Positions 28,483 to 37,889 of a stretch of DNA of 64,000 nucleotides are shown in pieces. Within the stretch, counting starts at the first letter, position 1; every line of letters starts with the position of its first letter. The translations under genes were made by a program, and so were the position numbers. The notes under the pieces are model-generated. The model searched no databases. It was not told where the DNA came from and saw only the letters and a list, made by a program, of their open reading frames with translations. Location: positions 32,001 through 96,000 of the forward strand of contig JAULAX010000014.1 in assembly GCA_032654565.1 (NCBI GenBank), written 5' to 3'. Origin of the DNA: Anaeromyxobacteraceae bacterium (GTDB taxonomy: Bacteria; Myxococcota; Myxococcia; Myxococcales; Anaeromyxobacteraceae).

Positions 28483-28881
28483 GTGCTCACAATCCCGAGG
28501 TCGGTCCGCATCTTCATCGGCTCGACGCCGATCGACATGCGCAAGTCGATCGATGGCCTCATGTCGATCGTGCAGGAGGAGCTGGAGGAGAATGCATACT
28601 CGGGCCACCTCTTCGTCTTCGTGTCGCGGCGGTGCGACCGGGTGAAGATCCTCACCTGGGACAAGGGCGGCTTCGTCCTCGTCTACAAGCGGCTCGAGCG
28701 CGGCCAGTTCAAGCTGCCGCACATGGACGCGTCCACGATGGCCGTCGAGATCGACGCGACGCAGCTGACAATGCTGCTCGACGGCATCGACTTCGGGCGC
28801 GTCCGCCGGCCGGAGCACTGGAAGCCGCCCCCGGCTGACCATCCGAGCGGCCGTCCCATGGACAAACAGCCTCCAACATGA
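28483..28881 (+). CDS. tnpB: IS66 accessory protein TnpB
   Basis: PIDMRKSIDGL and KILTWDKGGFVLVYKRLERGQF. Confidence 0.93.
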   Translation: MLTIPRSVRIFIGSTPIDMRKSIDGLMSIVQEELEENAYSGHLFVFVSRRCDRVKILTWDKGGFVLVYKRLERGQFKLPHMDASTMAVEIDATQLTMLLDGIDFGRVRRPEHWKPPPADHPSGRPMDKQPPT

Positions 28882-28895
28882 TCTGACAATCGTTG

Positions 28896-30464
28896 ATGGG
28901 TGACCGCAATCACCGATGCGAGTGGCGTGAACGGGCCGAGCAGCTCGAAGGCAAGCTTGGCTACGCCGGTCGCGCGCTGGATGCTGCCGAGAAGATCATC
29001 GCCACGCAGACCGAGGCGCTGCGGGCCAAGAACGAGGTCTTGGCGAAGCAAGGCGAGCAGCTCGCCTCGATGCAGGCGACCGTCGAGAAGCTGCAGCGCC
29101 ACGTCTTCGGCAAGCGCTCAGAGAAGATTCCGCCGCTGGCGACGGCGCTGCGCGATCCGGCCCGCGCCGAGGCTGAGCGGATCGCGGCTCTGCAGACCCG
29201 CCGGGAGAACGCCGAGAAGAAGCGCCAGCTCGTCACCCGACGCATTGAGCACAAGGTCCGCGAGGATCAGAAGACCTGCCCCAAGTGCGGCGGCCACGAC
29301 TTCACCAAGCTCGGCGAAGGCGCGGTGAGCGAGCTCTACGAACTCATCCCCGCCATCGTGGAGCGGCAGCTGCACATCCAGGAGAAGCTGCGCAGCAAGT
29401 GCGGCGAGACCGTCATCACCGCCGACGGCCCGGCCAAGGTCTTCGACAAGGCCCGCGTCGGCCCGACCTTCATGGCGCAGGTGGCCGTGTCGAAGTGCGC
29501 CGACGCGCTGCCACTCCACCGCCAGGCCAAGGCCTATCGGCGCGTCGGCGTCCAGGTGAACGACTCGGTGCTGGGCGACTACTTCCACCGCACCGCCGAG
29601 ATCACCAAGCCGATCTCCGACCGGCTGCTCGACGTCGTGTCCGAGAAGGAGATCGTCCTCGCCGACGAGACCTCGCATCGTGTGCAGGCCAAGGGGAAGA
29701 CGCGCCGCGCCTGGATCTGGAGCTTCATCGGGCGCGACGAGGCCGACAGGGAGCTGATCGCCTACGTCTTCTCGGCGAGCCGCTCCAGCGAGACGCCAGA
29801 GCGGGTGCTTGAGGGCACCGCCGGCAAGCTCGTGGCCGACGCGTACAAGGGCTACGACCGCGTCACCGCGCCAGGAAAGCGGGTCCGCGCCGGCTGCCTG
29901 GCGCATGTCCGAAGGCACTTCTTCGACGCCCAGTCGGTCGCGCCCGACGCCGCGAAGCGTGCGATGGACTTCATCCTCGACGTCTACCGCATCGAGCGTG
30001 CGGCGCTCGACACCGACGTCCTCGGCACGGCCGAGCACCTCGCGATGCGCCAGACCTCGAGCCGGGCCGTCATGGAGAACTTCAAGGCCTGGCTCGACGC
30101 GGAGCGGGGGCGCCACCCGCCGAAGGGGCCGATGGGAGAAGCCATCAACTACGCGCTCGACCAGTGGGACGAGCTGACGCTGTTCCTCACCGACCAACAC
30201 CTGCCCATCGACAACAACGCCTCGGAGCGCGCCCTCCGCGTCGCCGCACTCGGCCGAAAGAACTTCCTCTTTGTCGGCACCAACGAGGCCGGCGAGAACC
30301 TGGCCGGCCTCTACTCGCTGATCGCCACCTGCGAGGCCAACGACGTCAACCCGGTCGACTACCTGGCCGACGTGCTCCTCCGCGTGCAGACCCACCCGGC
30401 CTCGCGCATCGACGAGCTGCTACCGCACAACTGGACGCCACTCAGAGCCAAGCCGTCGGCCTGA
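28896..30464 (+). CDS. tnpC: IS66 DDE transposase TnpC
   Basis: FGKRSEK, CPKC, ADET, DAYKGY, CLAHVRRHF, IDNNASERALR and ELLPHNW. Confidence 0.95.
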   Translation: MGDRNHRCEWRERAEQLEGKLGYAGRALDAAEKIIATQTEALRAKNEVLAKQGEQLASMQATVEKLQRHVFGKRSEKIPPLATALRDPARAEAERIAALQTRRENAEKKRQLVTRRIEHKVREDQKTCPKCGGHDFTKLGEGAVSELYELIPAIVERQLHIQEKLRSKCGETVITADGPAKVFDKARVGPTFMAQVAVSKCADALPLHRQAKAYRRVGVQVNDSVLGDYFHRTAEITKPISDRLLDVVSEKEIVLADETSHRVQAKGKTRRAWIWSFIGRDEADRELIAYVFSASRSSETPERVLEGTAGKLVADAYKGYDRVTAPGKRVRAGCLAHVRRHFFDAQSVAPDAAKRAMDFILDVYRIERAALDTDVLGTAEHLAMRQTSSRAVMENFKAWLDAERGRHPPKGPMGEAINYALDQWDELTLFLTDQHLPIDNNASERALRVAALGRKNFLFVGTNEAGENLAGLYSLIATCEANDVNPVDYLADVLLRVQTHPASRIDELLPHNWTPLRAKPSA

Positions 30465-30599
30465 GCAGGTCGGCGGCGAACACGAACAGCCGGAGGTGAA
30501 CGAAGAGCCGCCAAAGCGCGGGCAGCGCCACAACTACGTCAAGACGTCGGTGCCCGGCCGGTTCCGCTCGCCGCGGCAGCGAGCATTGCCTGGGGACAG

Positions 30600-30980
30600 G
30601 TGCCGATCAGCACCGATGGCACCGATCCCAAGACGTGGGATCCGAAATCCGACGCGACAGTCGCCGGCGTGAGGAATCACGTCGTGATCTACGAGGATGC
30701 CGAGATCCGTGTGCTGTCCGTCACGGTGCAGCCGGGCGAGGTCGAGGTTCCGCACCACCATCGCTGGCCGAGCGTCATCGTGTTCGACCGGCCCACCAAG
30801 CGCGACAACCGGGACGCCAAGGGCAACTTGCTTCCGGCGAAGAAGGCCAAAGGCGACAACCCGGAGCTGCCGCTGGTGGTGCGCGTTCCGCCTGAGGCGA
30901 CACATTCTGTGACCAACCTCGACACGGTCCCGATGCACCTGATCCGCGTGGAATTCAAGAACGGCTTTCCGAAGGAGTAG
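30600..30980 (+). CDS. Small cupin-fold protein
   Basis: VQPGE-x3-HHH and HSVTN...RVEFK cupin motifs. Confidence 0.7.
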   Translation: MPISTDGTDPKTWDPKSDATVAGVRNHVVIYEDAEIRVLSVTVQPGEVEVPHHHRWPSVIVFDRPTKRDNRDAKGNLLPAKKAKGDNPELPLVVRVPPEATHSVTNLDTVPMHLIRVEFKNGFPKE

Positions 30981-31275
30981 CCCGCCCGCTGCGTCGATGA
31001 CCTGGATCCGGGGAGACCAAGCACCGCGTCAGGAACCGTTGTCGACGAGGCCGTTCGGCCAGGGGCCCATCCTTGCGGTGGGCCTTCGTCCTGCTTCGCG
31101 CCTCCTTCCTCTACGGTCCACGTCCCACACGCCGGCCTTGTGGCGTAGGCCGACCCAGATTGACCCGAAGTCACTCGGGCCAATCGCCGAGTGAAGGTGC
31201 ACGCCTCCAGCAACAGGAGCAGGAGCAGCAGCAGGAGACGATCCTGGTCCGGGCGGCCCTGGCCCCTGCCGGCCG

Positions 31276-32739
31276 TCAGGGGGTGAAGACCTCCGTGACC
31301 ACGGTGACCTTCGACCAGGGCAGCCCCCGGCGGTACGGCGCCGTGTTGGGCCGGTCGGCCGGCGACGAGACCGTGGTCAGGACGGCCACGTACCACCTGC
31401 CGGCTTGCAGGAGCCCGGCGGGGATCTTCACCGCGGAACCGGTGGTGACGAACGTGGCGATCAGTGTGGACATGTATCGGTTGCCGGCCGGGTCCAGCTC
31501 ACGGATCTCCACGTGGACGCTGGTGGGCGTGCCCACGGCGGGGGCTGCCCAGGCCACCACCGGGCCGGTCCCCACCCCGGCCTGTACCGCGAGCGCGTCC
31601 TTGCCCCCCACCTTGATGGCCTGCACCGAGGAGACGGCCGGGGCGATCGGGTCCGGTACGGCGCCGATGGGAGCGTAGATCCAGGCCCCACACCTGAACT
31701 CGGTCGCAACCCTGGCGCCCGGCGCGGCGCGTATCCTGATGGTGTAGAAGCTGGCCGTCACGAACTCCGTCCAGTTGGGTGGCGCGATCCGGCCGTAGCT
31801 GATGGTCCCGTCATCGCGATCGGCCAGGAGAGCTCCGCTGGGCGCGGTCACGCCAAGCAACACCAGGTACTGGTACGGTGAGACCGCGCTTGGAGGCGGC
31901 TGCGACGCCACCTGGAGCCGGTAGCCGAAGGTCTGGTGCGCGCCGGGGACCGCCTGGTCGAAGGCGCTGGCGTTCCAGCGGGCCCGGAGCGTCCCGGTCG
32001 CAGGCGGGGGCGAGAAGGTCATGGGGGGGAGGTAGGTCAGCCCTCCATTCACCAGGTAGGCGCCGGTCAGCGACGCCGAGGCCACGGCGGTGGACGCGAT
32101 GTCCCCCGCGGCGCCGACCGGGGCGCTTCGCATCTGCGCGGCGTAGAGCGTGTGGTTCGGCTCGAGCAGGTTCTGGTAGTAGGTGCCCCAGTCGTAGTCC
32201 GTGCCGCCGCTGGTGGCCCCCGCGGGGAGCCATGGATCGAAGAGGTCCCAGACCAACGCGTCGTAGCTGTAGATCTGGATCTGGTCTGTCGCCGGGTCCC
32301 ACGGCCGCAGGGAGGTCCAGGAGAAGGAAGCCAGGGTCCCGAAGGAAGCCGGGTTGATGACGGCCGGCGAGCCGTCTCCCCCGAGGTCGAAGACGTCGGC
32401 GCTGCTCTGGAAGTAGAGACTCAAGCCGTTGGTCCAGGTGACGTGCAGCGTGTAGGGGCCGACCGGCACGCCGGCGATGGCCCAGGTGCCTGGGCCGGTG
32501 GTGGTGCCGGGATAGACCGTCGAGCCGTCGGCGCCAATCGCCTCCATGGAGGTTTCCCGTTCGCTGGCGACCTGGCTCGAGCTGACCGGGTCGGACCAGA
32601 CGACGTTGAAGGTGGTCACGGTGACCGTGCGATGGGTCGGCGGTGAGCTGCTGCACGCCGGGAGGAGGGGGGCGGCGGCAAGCAGGAGCGCCACGGCGGC
32701 GCCGGCCGGGCGCCGGCACATACGGTGGGTCGGCATCAT
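31276..32739 (-). CDS. Hypothetical beta-rich lipoprotein
   Basis: LLPAC lipobox; Thr/Pro/Trp-rich; FN3-like C-terminus; start codon uncertain. Confidence 0.65.
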   Translation of the reverse strand: MMPTHRMCRRPAGAAVALLLAAAPLLPACSSSPPTHRTVTVTTFNVVWSDPVSSSQVASERETSMEAIGADGSTVYPGTTTGPGTWAIAGVPVGPYTLHVTWTNGLSLYFQSSADVFDLGGDGSPAVINPASFGTLASFSWTSLRPWDPATDQIQIYSYDALVWDLFDPWLPAGATSGGTDYDWGTYYQNLLEPNHTLYAAQMRSAPVGAAGDIASTAVASASLTGAYLVNGGLTYLPPMTFSPPPATGTLRARWNASAFDQAVPGAHQTFGYRLQVASQPPPSAVSPYQYLVLLGVTAPSGALLADRDDGTISYGRIAPPNWTEFVTASFYTIRIRAAPGARVATEFRCGAWIYAPIGAVPDPIAPAVSSVQAIKVGGKDALAVQAGVGTGPVVAWAAPAVGTPTSVHVEIRELDPAGNRYMSTLIATFVTTGSAVKIPAGLLQAGRWYVAVLTTVSSPADRPNTAPYRRGLPWSKVTVVTEVFTP

Positions 32740-32824
32740 GGTCGAATCCTCTCAAGCAGCCGGGGAGATCACAACCACGGACGCTGGATTGGAGGCGGCA
32801 GGTGCGGCGGACGACCCAGCGGAG

Positions 32825-33655
32825 TCATCGCACCCAGCTGCCCACCACCGCGCCTCCCACGATCAGCCCCATGGCGGCGAGCGACACCGGGCCGAGCTGG
32901 CCGCCGCCAAAGAGGGTGAGCAGCAGCGTGGAGAGGAGCGGCGTCAGGTAGGCGAGCGTCCCGATGGCGCCCGGGTCGCCCTCCTGGAGGGCCCGGTCCC
33001 AGAGGTAGAAGGCCGCCCCCAGCGGTCCGAGCCCGATGAGGAGCAGGGGCGGGAGGTCGGCGAGGGTGAAGGTGTAGCGCGGCTCCAGCAGCGCGTGGCC
33101 GGCCAGGGAGAGCGCCCCCGAGGCCAGGCAGAAGCCGGAGATGGTGGCCCGGGAGAAGCCCCCCAGCCGGCGCGAGAGGAGCGAGTAGGTGGCCCAGATC
33201 ACGGCGGCGAGGAGCGCCAGCAGGTATCCGGCCAGGCCGTCAGCCCCGAAGCCGAGCCGCCCGCCGGTGACCAGCAGCGCCGCGCCCGAGAAGCCGAGCA
33301 GCGCGCCGACGACGTGGCGCGCCGAGAGCCTGGCGCCGGGCAGGAGCAGCGGCGAGAGCAGCACGATGAGCAGCGGCCAGAGGTAGTTGACCAGGTTGGC
33401 CTCGACCGGCGGCGCCAGCCGCAGGGCCATGAAGAGGCAGAAGTGGTAGGCGGAGAGGCCGGTGACGCCGACCAGGAGCGCCCGCGGGCGCAGCGCCGCC
33501 AGGGAGAGGTGGCGCAGCCCGAAGACCGAGCCGAGCAGGAGCGAGAGCCCCACCAGCAGGAAGGGCGGCATCTCCCGGAGGCGGACCGAGAGCGTGGCCA
33601 GCGAGCCCCAGAGCGCGATGGCGGCGAGGGCGTTCCGGGTGGCGCGCGGGTTCAT
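32825..33655 (-). CDS. DMT/EamA family transporter (YddG-like)
   Basis: About 10 TM segments; APPVEANLVNYLWP and LAYLTPLLST. Confidence 0.88.
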   Translation of the reverse strand: MNPRATRNALAAIALWGSLATLSVRLREMPPFLLVGLSLLLGSVFGLRHLSLAALRPRALLVGVTGLSAYHFCLFMALRLAPPVEANLVNYLWPLLIVLLSPLLLPGARLSARHVVGALLGFSGAALLVTGGRLGFGADGLAGYLLALLAAVIWATYSLLSRRLGGFSRATISGFCLASGALSLAGHALLEPRYTFTLADLPPLLLIGLGPLGAAFYLWDRALQEGDPGAIGTLAYLTPLLSTLLLTLFGGGQLGPVSLAAMGLIVGGAVVGSWVR

Positions 33656-33743
33656 CGGGCGGGCCTGGTGGGGACGTCGAGGTTCTCTGACCTGCACCCG
33701 AGGTCGAGCCCACCCGCCACTCGGCTCCCCGCCGGGCCAGGCC

Positions 33744-34766
33744 TCACGGCGTGGTCAACCAGGCGATCGCCGCCGCGACCGCCGCCGCGGGGTCCGCCGT
33801 CGGCTGGTCCGGCGCGACCGCCCCCCCGTAGGTGACCCCGTTCCGATCCCGGTCCAGCGCGACCAGCAGCTGCAGGGACCCCCCGTCCGAGAGCGAGAAG
33901 CTCCAGTTGACGTTCGACACGCCGTAGGTCGCTGCGCCGAAGCTCCGGGTGTTGGGGCGTCCGATGAAGGAGATGGCGATCGCCTCCCCGGCCGAGCCGG
34001 TGCCGCCGTCCTGCAGCACGGCGACGCGCGGGGCCGGCGCCCTGAGGGTGTACGGGACCGAGGCGCTCAGCTTGGGCCGACCATCGAAGCAGGCCGCGCC
34101 GCCGAAGTACGACCAGGTCAGGGTGGCCCCTGGCGCGAGCGGCGGCGTGGTCATCCCCTCCGGGAAGTAGAACGAGCCCGCCGTCCCCAGGCCCAGCACC
34201 GGTCCGATGCCGGCCAGCATCGGCCACATGTTGCCACCGCCGTTCTGGCGAAGGTCCACGATCCAGCCGACCAGCCCGTCCCGGTCCTGGGCCTGGACGG
34301 CGGCCTGCAGCTGGTCGGCCAGCTGCGTCGTCGAGAGCGGCGAGCCGGAGTTCCCGGTGACCCGGACGTAGGCGACCCCGGCCGGGAGGACACCGGGATC
34401 CGACCAGCCGACCCAGCCCCCGAGCCCCTGGCTCGCCTGGTACAGGCAGGGTCCCTGGCCTCGGCAGATGGCGGTGTGGCGGTCCTGGAGCAGGTCGATG
34501 GCGAGCTGGAGCGCCGGGTCGAGACCGTCCAGGGTCGTGGCGCCGGCCGCCGCGGCGCGCACCTGCCGCTCGTAGGCGACCCAATCGACCGCGCTCCGGT
34601 GGATGTGGTTCTGCTCGATGAGCGTGAGGACCTCGTCGAGGTACCGGTCGGCCGGGGTGCCGACCGTCCCCGAGGAGTCCCCGCAGGAGACCGTGCCCGC
34701 AGCGAGCACGGCGGCGAGCCAGCGCCAGGGGGCCGACGACCAACTTCCACCGGGTGTGCGCTCCAT
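33744..34766 (-). CDS. S41 family peptidase, lipoprotein
   Basis: DRHT, IVDLRQNGGGNM, TGSAGE and VAPD motifs; AGGAGGAGG RBS; TVSC lipobox. Confidence 0.88.
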   Translation of the reverse strand: MERTPGGSWSSAPWRWLAAVLAAGTVSCGDSSGTVGTPADRYLDEVLTLIEQNHIHRSAVDWVAYERQVRAAAAGATTLDGLDPALQLAIDLLQDRHTAICRGQGPCLYQASQGLGGWVGWSDPGVLPAGVAYVRVTGNSGSPLSTTQLADQLQAAVQAQDRDGLVGWIVDLRQNGGGNMWPMLAGIGPVLGLGTAGSFYFPEGMTTPPLAPGATLTWSYFGGAACFDGRPKLSASVPYTLRAPAPRVAVLQDGGTGSAGEAIAISFIGRPNTRSFGAATYGVSNVNWSFSLSDGGSLQLLVALDRDRNGVTYGGAVAPDQPTADPAAAVAAAIAWLTTP

Positions 34767-34789
34767 GGTTCCTCCTCCTCGCCGTCGGG

Positions 34790-35752
34790 TTACGGGTGTT
34801 CCCCCTGACGGAGCCCGCCGTCGGGCTGGTCCAGCCGTGCCTGGAGCCACCGCAGCAGTTCCTCGACGGTCGTCTCCACCGAGCTCGAGCCGTGCCCCCC
34901 GCGGGCCGCCACCAGCCTCGCCTTGTCCGCCGTCCTCGCCGCGGCCAGGATCTCGTCGTTGCCTGCAGGGTCCACCAGGGCGTCGGCGGCGCCCTGGACC
35001 AGGAGCAGCGGGGCGTCGACGGCGGCGGCGTTGGCCGGGCAGGCGGTCATCACCTCCCGCTGCGCCAGCAGGTAGCGCATGCTGAAGTGGCGCACCACCA
35101 GCGGATCGCGCTGCCGGCGGAGCGCCTCCTCGCGGTCGGCGGCGTCCTTCACGGCCGCGGGGTCGCCGCCCAGGTCCACGGTGAGCGCCGACCGCCGGAA
35201 CACCGCGTTGAACGCGAAGGCCAGGTAGTCGGTCGGCGAGGGCCCCATGCCCTCGCCGTAGGTCATCTTGTAGGCCGGGTTGACCAGGACCAGGCCCGCC
35301 AGCGGCGGCCCGGCCGTGGCCGCCAGGTGCAGCGCCAGCGTCGCCCCGGCGCTGTGCCCGAAGAGGAAGACGGCCTTCCCGGGGAACATCGCCCGCGTCC
35401 GGGCCAGCCCCAGCCGGAGGTCGTCGAGCACCAGGCCGTAGTCGGCGGTGTCGCCTCGCAGGCCGTCCGAGTACCCCGAGCCTCGCGGGTGCAGGACGGT
35501 GGTGGCGAGGCCCGCCGCCTGCAGGGCGGAGGTGAACTTCGGGTAGGGCTCCTCGGAGCCGATCTCGGGGCCGAGCACGAAGTAGACGACGCCCCGGGTC
35601 CCTCCGGCCGGCGTCGTCGCCGAGAAGTAGAGGCGCGCGCCACGCGCCCCCTCGATCCAGCTGGCCCCGTCCGGCGGCGCCAGCGGGGGCCTGCTCACCC
35701 GCTCGAACGAGGCGCACCCGGGCAGGCCGGCCAGGGCGAGGAGGCCAGCCAT
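34790..35752 (-). CDS. Alpha/beta hydrolase (lysophospholipase-like), lipoprotein; true start uncertain
   Basis: RGSGYS, GHSAG, QGAAD and GGHG; LPGC lipobox. Confidence 0.8.
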   Translation of the reverse strand: MAGLLALAGLPGCASFERVSRPPLAPPDGASWIEGARGARLYFSATTPAGGTRGVVYFVLGPEIGSEEPYPKFTSALQAAGLATTVLHPRGSGYSDGLRGDTADYGLVLDDLRLGLARTRAMFPGKAVFLFGHSAGATLALHLAATAGPPLAGLVLVNPAYKMTYGEGMGPSPTDYLAFAFNAVFRRSALTVDLGGDPAAVKDAADREEALRRQRDPLVVRHFSMRYLLAQREVMTACPANAAAVDAPLLLVQGAADALVDPAGNDEILAAARTADKARLVAARGGHGSSSVETTVEELLRWLQARLDQPDGGLRQGEHP

Positions 35753-35774
35753 CACCAGGGGTGCCGCCCCGGCG

Positions 35775-35962
35775 AGCCTCCGCTCGACCGGTTCGGTCCA
35801 GCCGTGCATCGCGAGGCCGAAGGTCGCCCAGTGCACCGGGAGCAGCAGCGTCGCGCCCACCCGCTGCGCGGCCACCGGCGCCTGCTCGGGGCCCAGGTGG
35901 ACGTCTCTCCAGCGCGGGTCGTAGGCGTTGCCCTCGATCATCGCCGCGTCGAACGGTCCGGG
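35775..35962 (-). pseudogene. C-terminal fragment of an MBL-fold hydrolase (NAPE-PLD/RomA-like), in frame with the downstream hydrolase
   Basis: GPFDAAMIE...AYDPRW...HLGPEQA...LLPVHWATFGLAMHGWTEP; no HxHxDH N-terminal half. Confidence 0.7.
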
Positions 35963-35966
35963 TCGT

Positions 35967-36707
35967 TCATGACGCCAATCCTCCCACGTCCGCTCGGAGG
36001 TCCAGTCCCTTGAAGGTGAGCCAGAGACCGGCGCCCACCTCGAAGAGGATGCTCGGGACGATGTAGGCGAGGTCGATGGTGCACTGCAGGCTCATCATCG
36101 AGGCCGGAGCCCCGGGGGCGAGGATGTTGTTGAACGCGGCGAAGAGCATCAGCGAGTAGGAGATCGCCCCGAGTCCGGCCAGCGCCCTCGGAACGACCCT
36201 GGACTTGAAGAACAGGAACATGAACAGCAGCATGCCCAGGCTCAGGAAGACCGCGCTGACGGTGTGACCCGCCATGCGCACGCTCAGGTAGAGGCCGACC
36301 AGGCCCAGGAGCGACTCCGTCCCGAGCGGGGACAGCGAGGACCGTCCGTTCAAGAGCTGCAAGGCGATGAAGCCGAACAGCACCATGACCGCAGCCAGCG
36401 TGGCCTCCACCAGCACCGACGAGAGCGCCAGTGTGGCGAGGTTGGTCCGTGTCGGCTTGAGGATGACGTAGTGGGCCACGGCCAGGATCACCAGGTTGAT
36501 GGCCATGAGGAGCTCGTAGCCGACTCCGATCCGGAAGAGCGCCTCGTTGGCCATGGCGGCGTGCGCCGTGGCCGTGGCGTCCCCGTCCACGGCGAGCCTG
36601 GAGGCCACCAGGAGGTAGTAGTGGATGCCGCCGAGCACCATGAACAGGTAGGCGACGCCTGCGACTCTCGCGGCGCTGCGCCGTGACGCCTGGGGTGTGT
36701 CGTTCAT
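35967..36707 (-). CDS. DUF4386-family membrane protein
   Basis: AARVAG...FKSRVVPR...FEVGAGLWLTFKG pattern; GGAGGAGG RBS. Confidence 0.78.
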   Translation of the reverse strand: MNDTPQASRRSAARVAGVAYLFMVLGGIHYYLLVASRLAVDGDATATAHAAMANEALFRIGVGYELLMAINLVILAVAHYVILKPTRTNLATLALSSVLVEATLAAVMVLFGFIALQLLNGRSSLSPLGTESLLGLVGLYLSVRMAGHTVSAVFLSLGMLLFMFLFFKSRVVPRALAGLGAISYSLMLFAAFNNILAPGAPASMMSLQCTIDLAYIVPSILFEVGAGLWLTFKGLDLRADVGGLAS

Positions 36708-36864
36708 GACCGTTCCTCCTCCTGGTTGACCCGCCTGTTCACGGTGAAGGCCCTGGCCGCTCGCGGCGGCGGGAGCACCCGCCCGGCTGCGGCCTGGCCC
36801 ATGGCGGTCATGGCTGGCCTCCTGTCCCGTCGGCGGCCCGCGGTGGCGGCCGGCCCGGGCCGTC

Positions 36865-36922
36865 TGACATTCTGACCGCACCTGTCATTCTGTCATGATT
36901 GACAACCGGACAAAAAATGTCA
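36865..36922. promoter_or_regulatory. Two TGACA-N13-TGTCA palindromes (candidate TetR operators)
   Basis: 36865-36887 and 36900-36922, between divergent genes. Confidence 0.7.
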
Positions 36923-36934
36923 AGAGTCAGATCG

Positions 36935-37561
36935 ATGGCCGACGACCGACGGCAGCAGATCCTCAAGGCGGCGCTGGACGTGTTCATGCGCTACGGCTAC
37001 CGCCGGGCCACCATGGACGACATCGCGCGCGAGGTCGGCAAGTCGCGGCCGGCGCTCTACCTCAGCTTCCCCAGCAAGGAGGCCCTCCTCATCGGCGTGG
37101 TGGAGATGGGGCATGACGCGATGTTCCGCGCCATCGAGGCCGGGCTCCCCGGCCAGGGCTCGCTCTCGGCCAGGCTGGAGTACGTGTTCGAGCTCTGGAG
37201 CGTGCGGTCCTTCGAGCAGATCGCCCGCTCACCCGCCGCCAGCGAGCTGATGAACGGCAACTACGCCTTCGCGAGCGACGTGTTCGAGCGGGGCGCGAAG
37301 CGGCTCGAGGCCATCCTCAGCGGGATCATCCGCGCCGGCGTCGCCGCTCCCGCCGCCCTGCACCCCTCGGCCGAGGTCCGGGCGCGGATCATGATCGCGG
37401 CGGCCCACGGCTTCAAGACCGTGGCCAAGGACACGCAGGAGATGCGAGCGTTCCTCCACGACCTGGTCCGCATGACCGTGGCGGGACTGCCGGCGGAGGG
37501 AGGGCCGAGTCGCCCCCCTCGCCCGCCCCGGCCCCGGAAGGCCCGGCGGGCGACCAACTGA
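36935..37561 (+). CDS. TetR/AcrR family regulator
   Basis: FMRYGYRRATMDDIAREVGKSRPALYLSFPSKEAL helix-turn-helix. Confidence 0.9.
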   Translation: MADDRRQQILKAALDVFMRYGYRRATMDDIAREVGKSRPALYLSFPSKEALLIGVVEMGHDAMFRAIEAGLPGQGSLSARLEYVFELWSVRSFEQIARSPAASELMNGNYAFASDVFERGAKRLEAILSGIIRAGVAAPAALHPSAEVRARIMIAAAHGFKTVAKDTQEMRAFLHDLVRMTVAGLPAEGGPSRPPRPPRPRKARRATN

Positions 37562-37820
37562 CGAGGGCGCGGCGCGGGCGGCGCTGGACCGGGCCCGGGA
37601 GGCGGCGCTGGGCAAGGACATCCGGCTGGGCGGGGGCGTGGCCACCGTCCGCCAGTACCTCGCCGCCGGGCTCATCGACGAGCTCCACCTGGCGCTCTCC
37701 CCGGTGCTGCTGGGCCGGGGGGAGCACGTCCTCGCCGGCATCGACACGGCGGGCCTCGGCTACACGTGCACCGAGCACGTCGCCTCGGACCTGGCGACCC
37801 ACGTCGTCCTGACGAGGTGA
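37557..37820 (+). pseudogene. C-terminal fragment of a RibD-C/dihydrofolate reductase family protein
   Basis: ALDRAREAALGKDIRLGGGVATVRQYLAAGLIDELHLALSPVLLGRGE; N-terminal half absent. Confidence 0.8.
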
Positions 37821-37889
37821 TCCTACCCTCCGGGGAACAGCGCGCCGTTCACTTCATCGCGCCTGGCGCAGCAGTACGGACGGGCCGGC

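Larger units (their letters stand above)
28017..30565 (+). mobile_element. IS66-family insertion sequence
   Basis: tnpA-tnpB-tnpC; left end GTAACCGCCCGGGGAACCACGTCT and right end 30542-30565 match at 19 of 24 positions as inverted repeats; no 8-bp target duplication. Confidence 0.92.

Noticed and set aside
28483..28881. TnpB as an RNA-guided nuclease
   Set aside because: This is the 132-aa IS66 accessory TnpB, unrelated to the RuvC-containing IS200/IS605 TnpB
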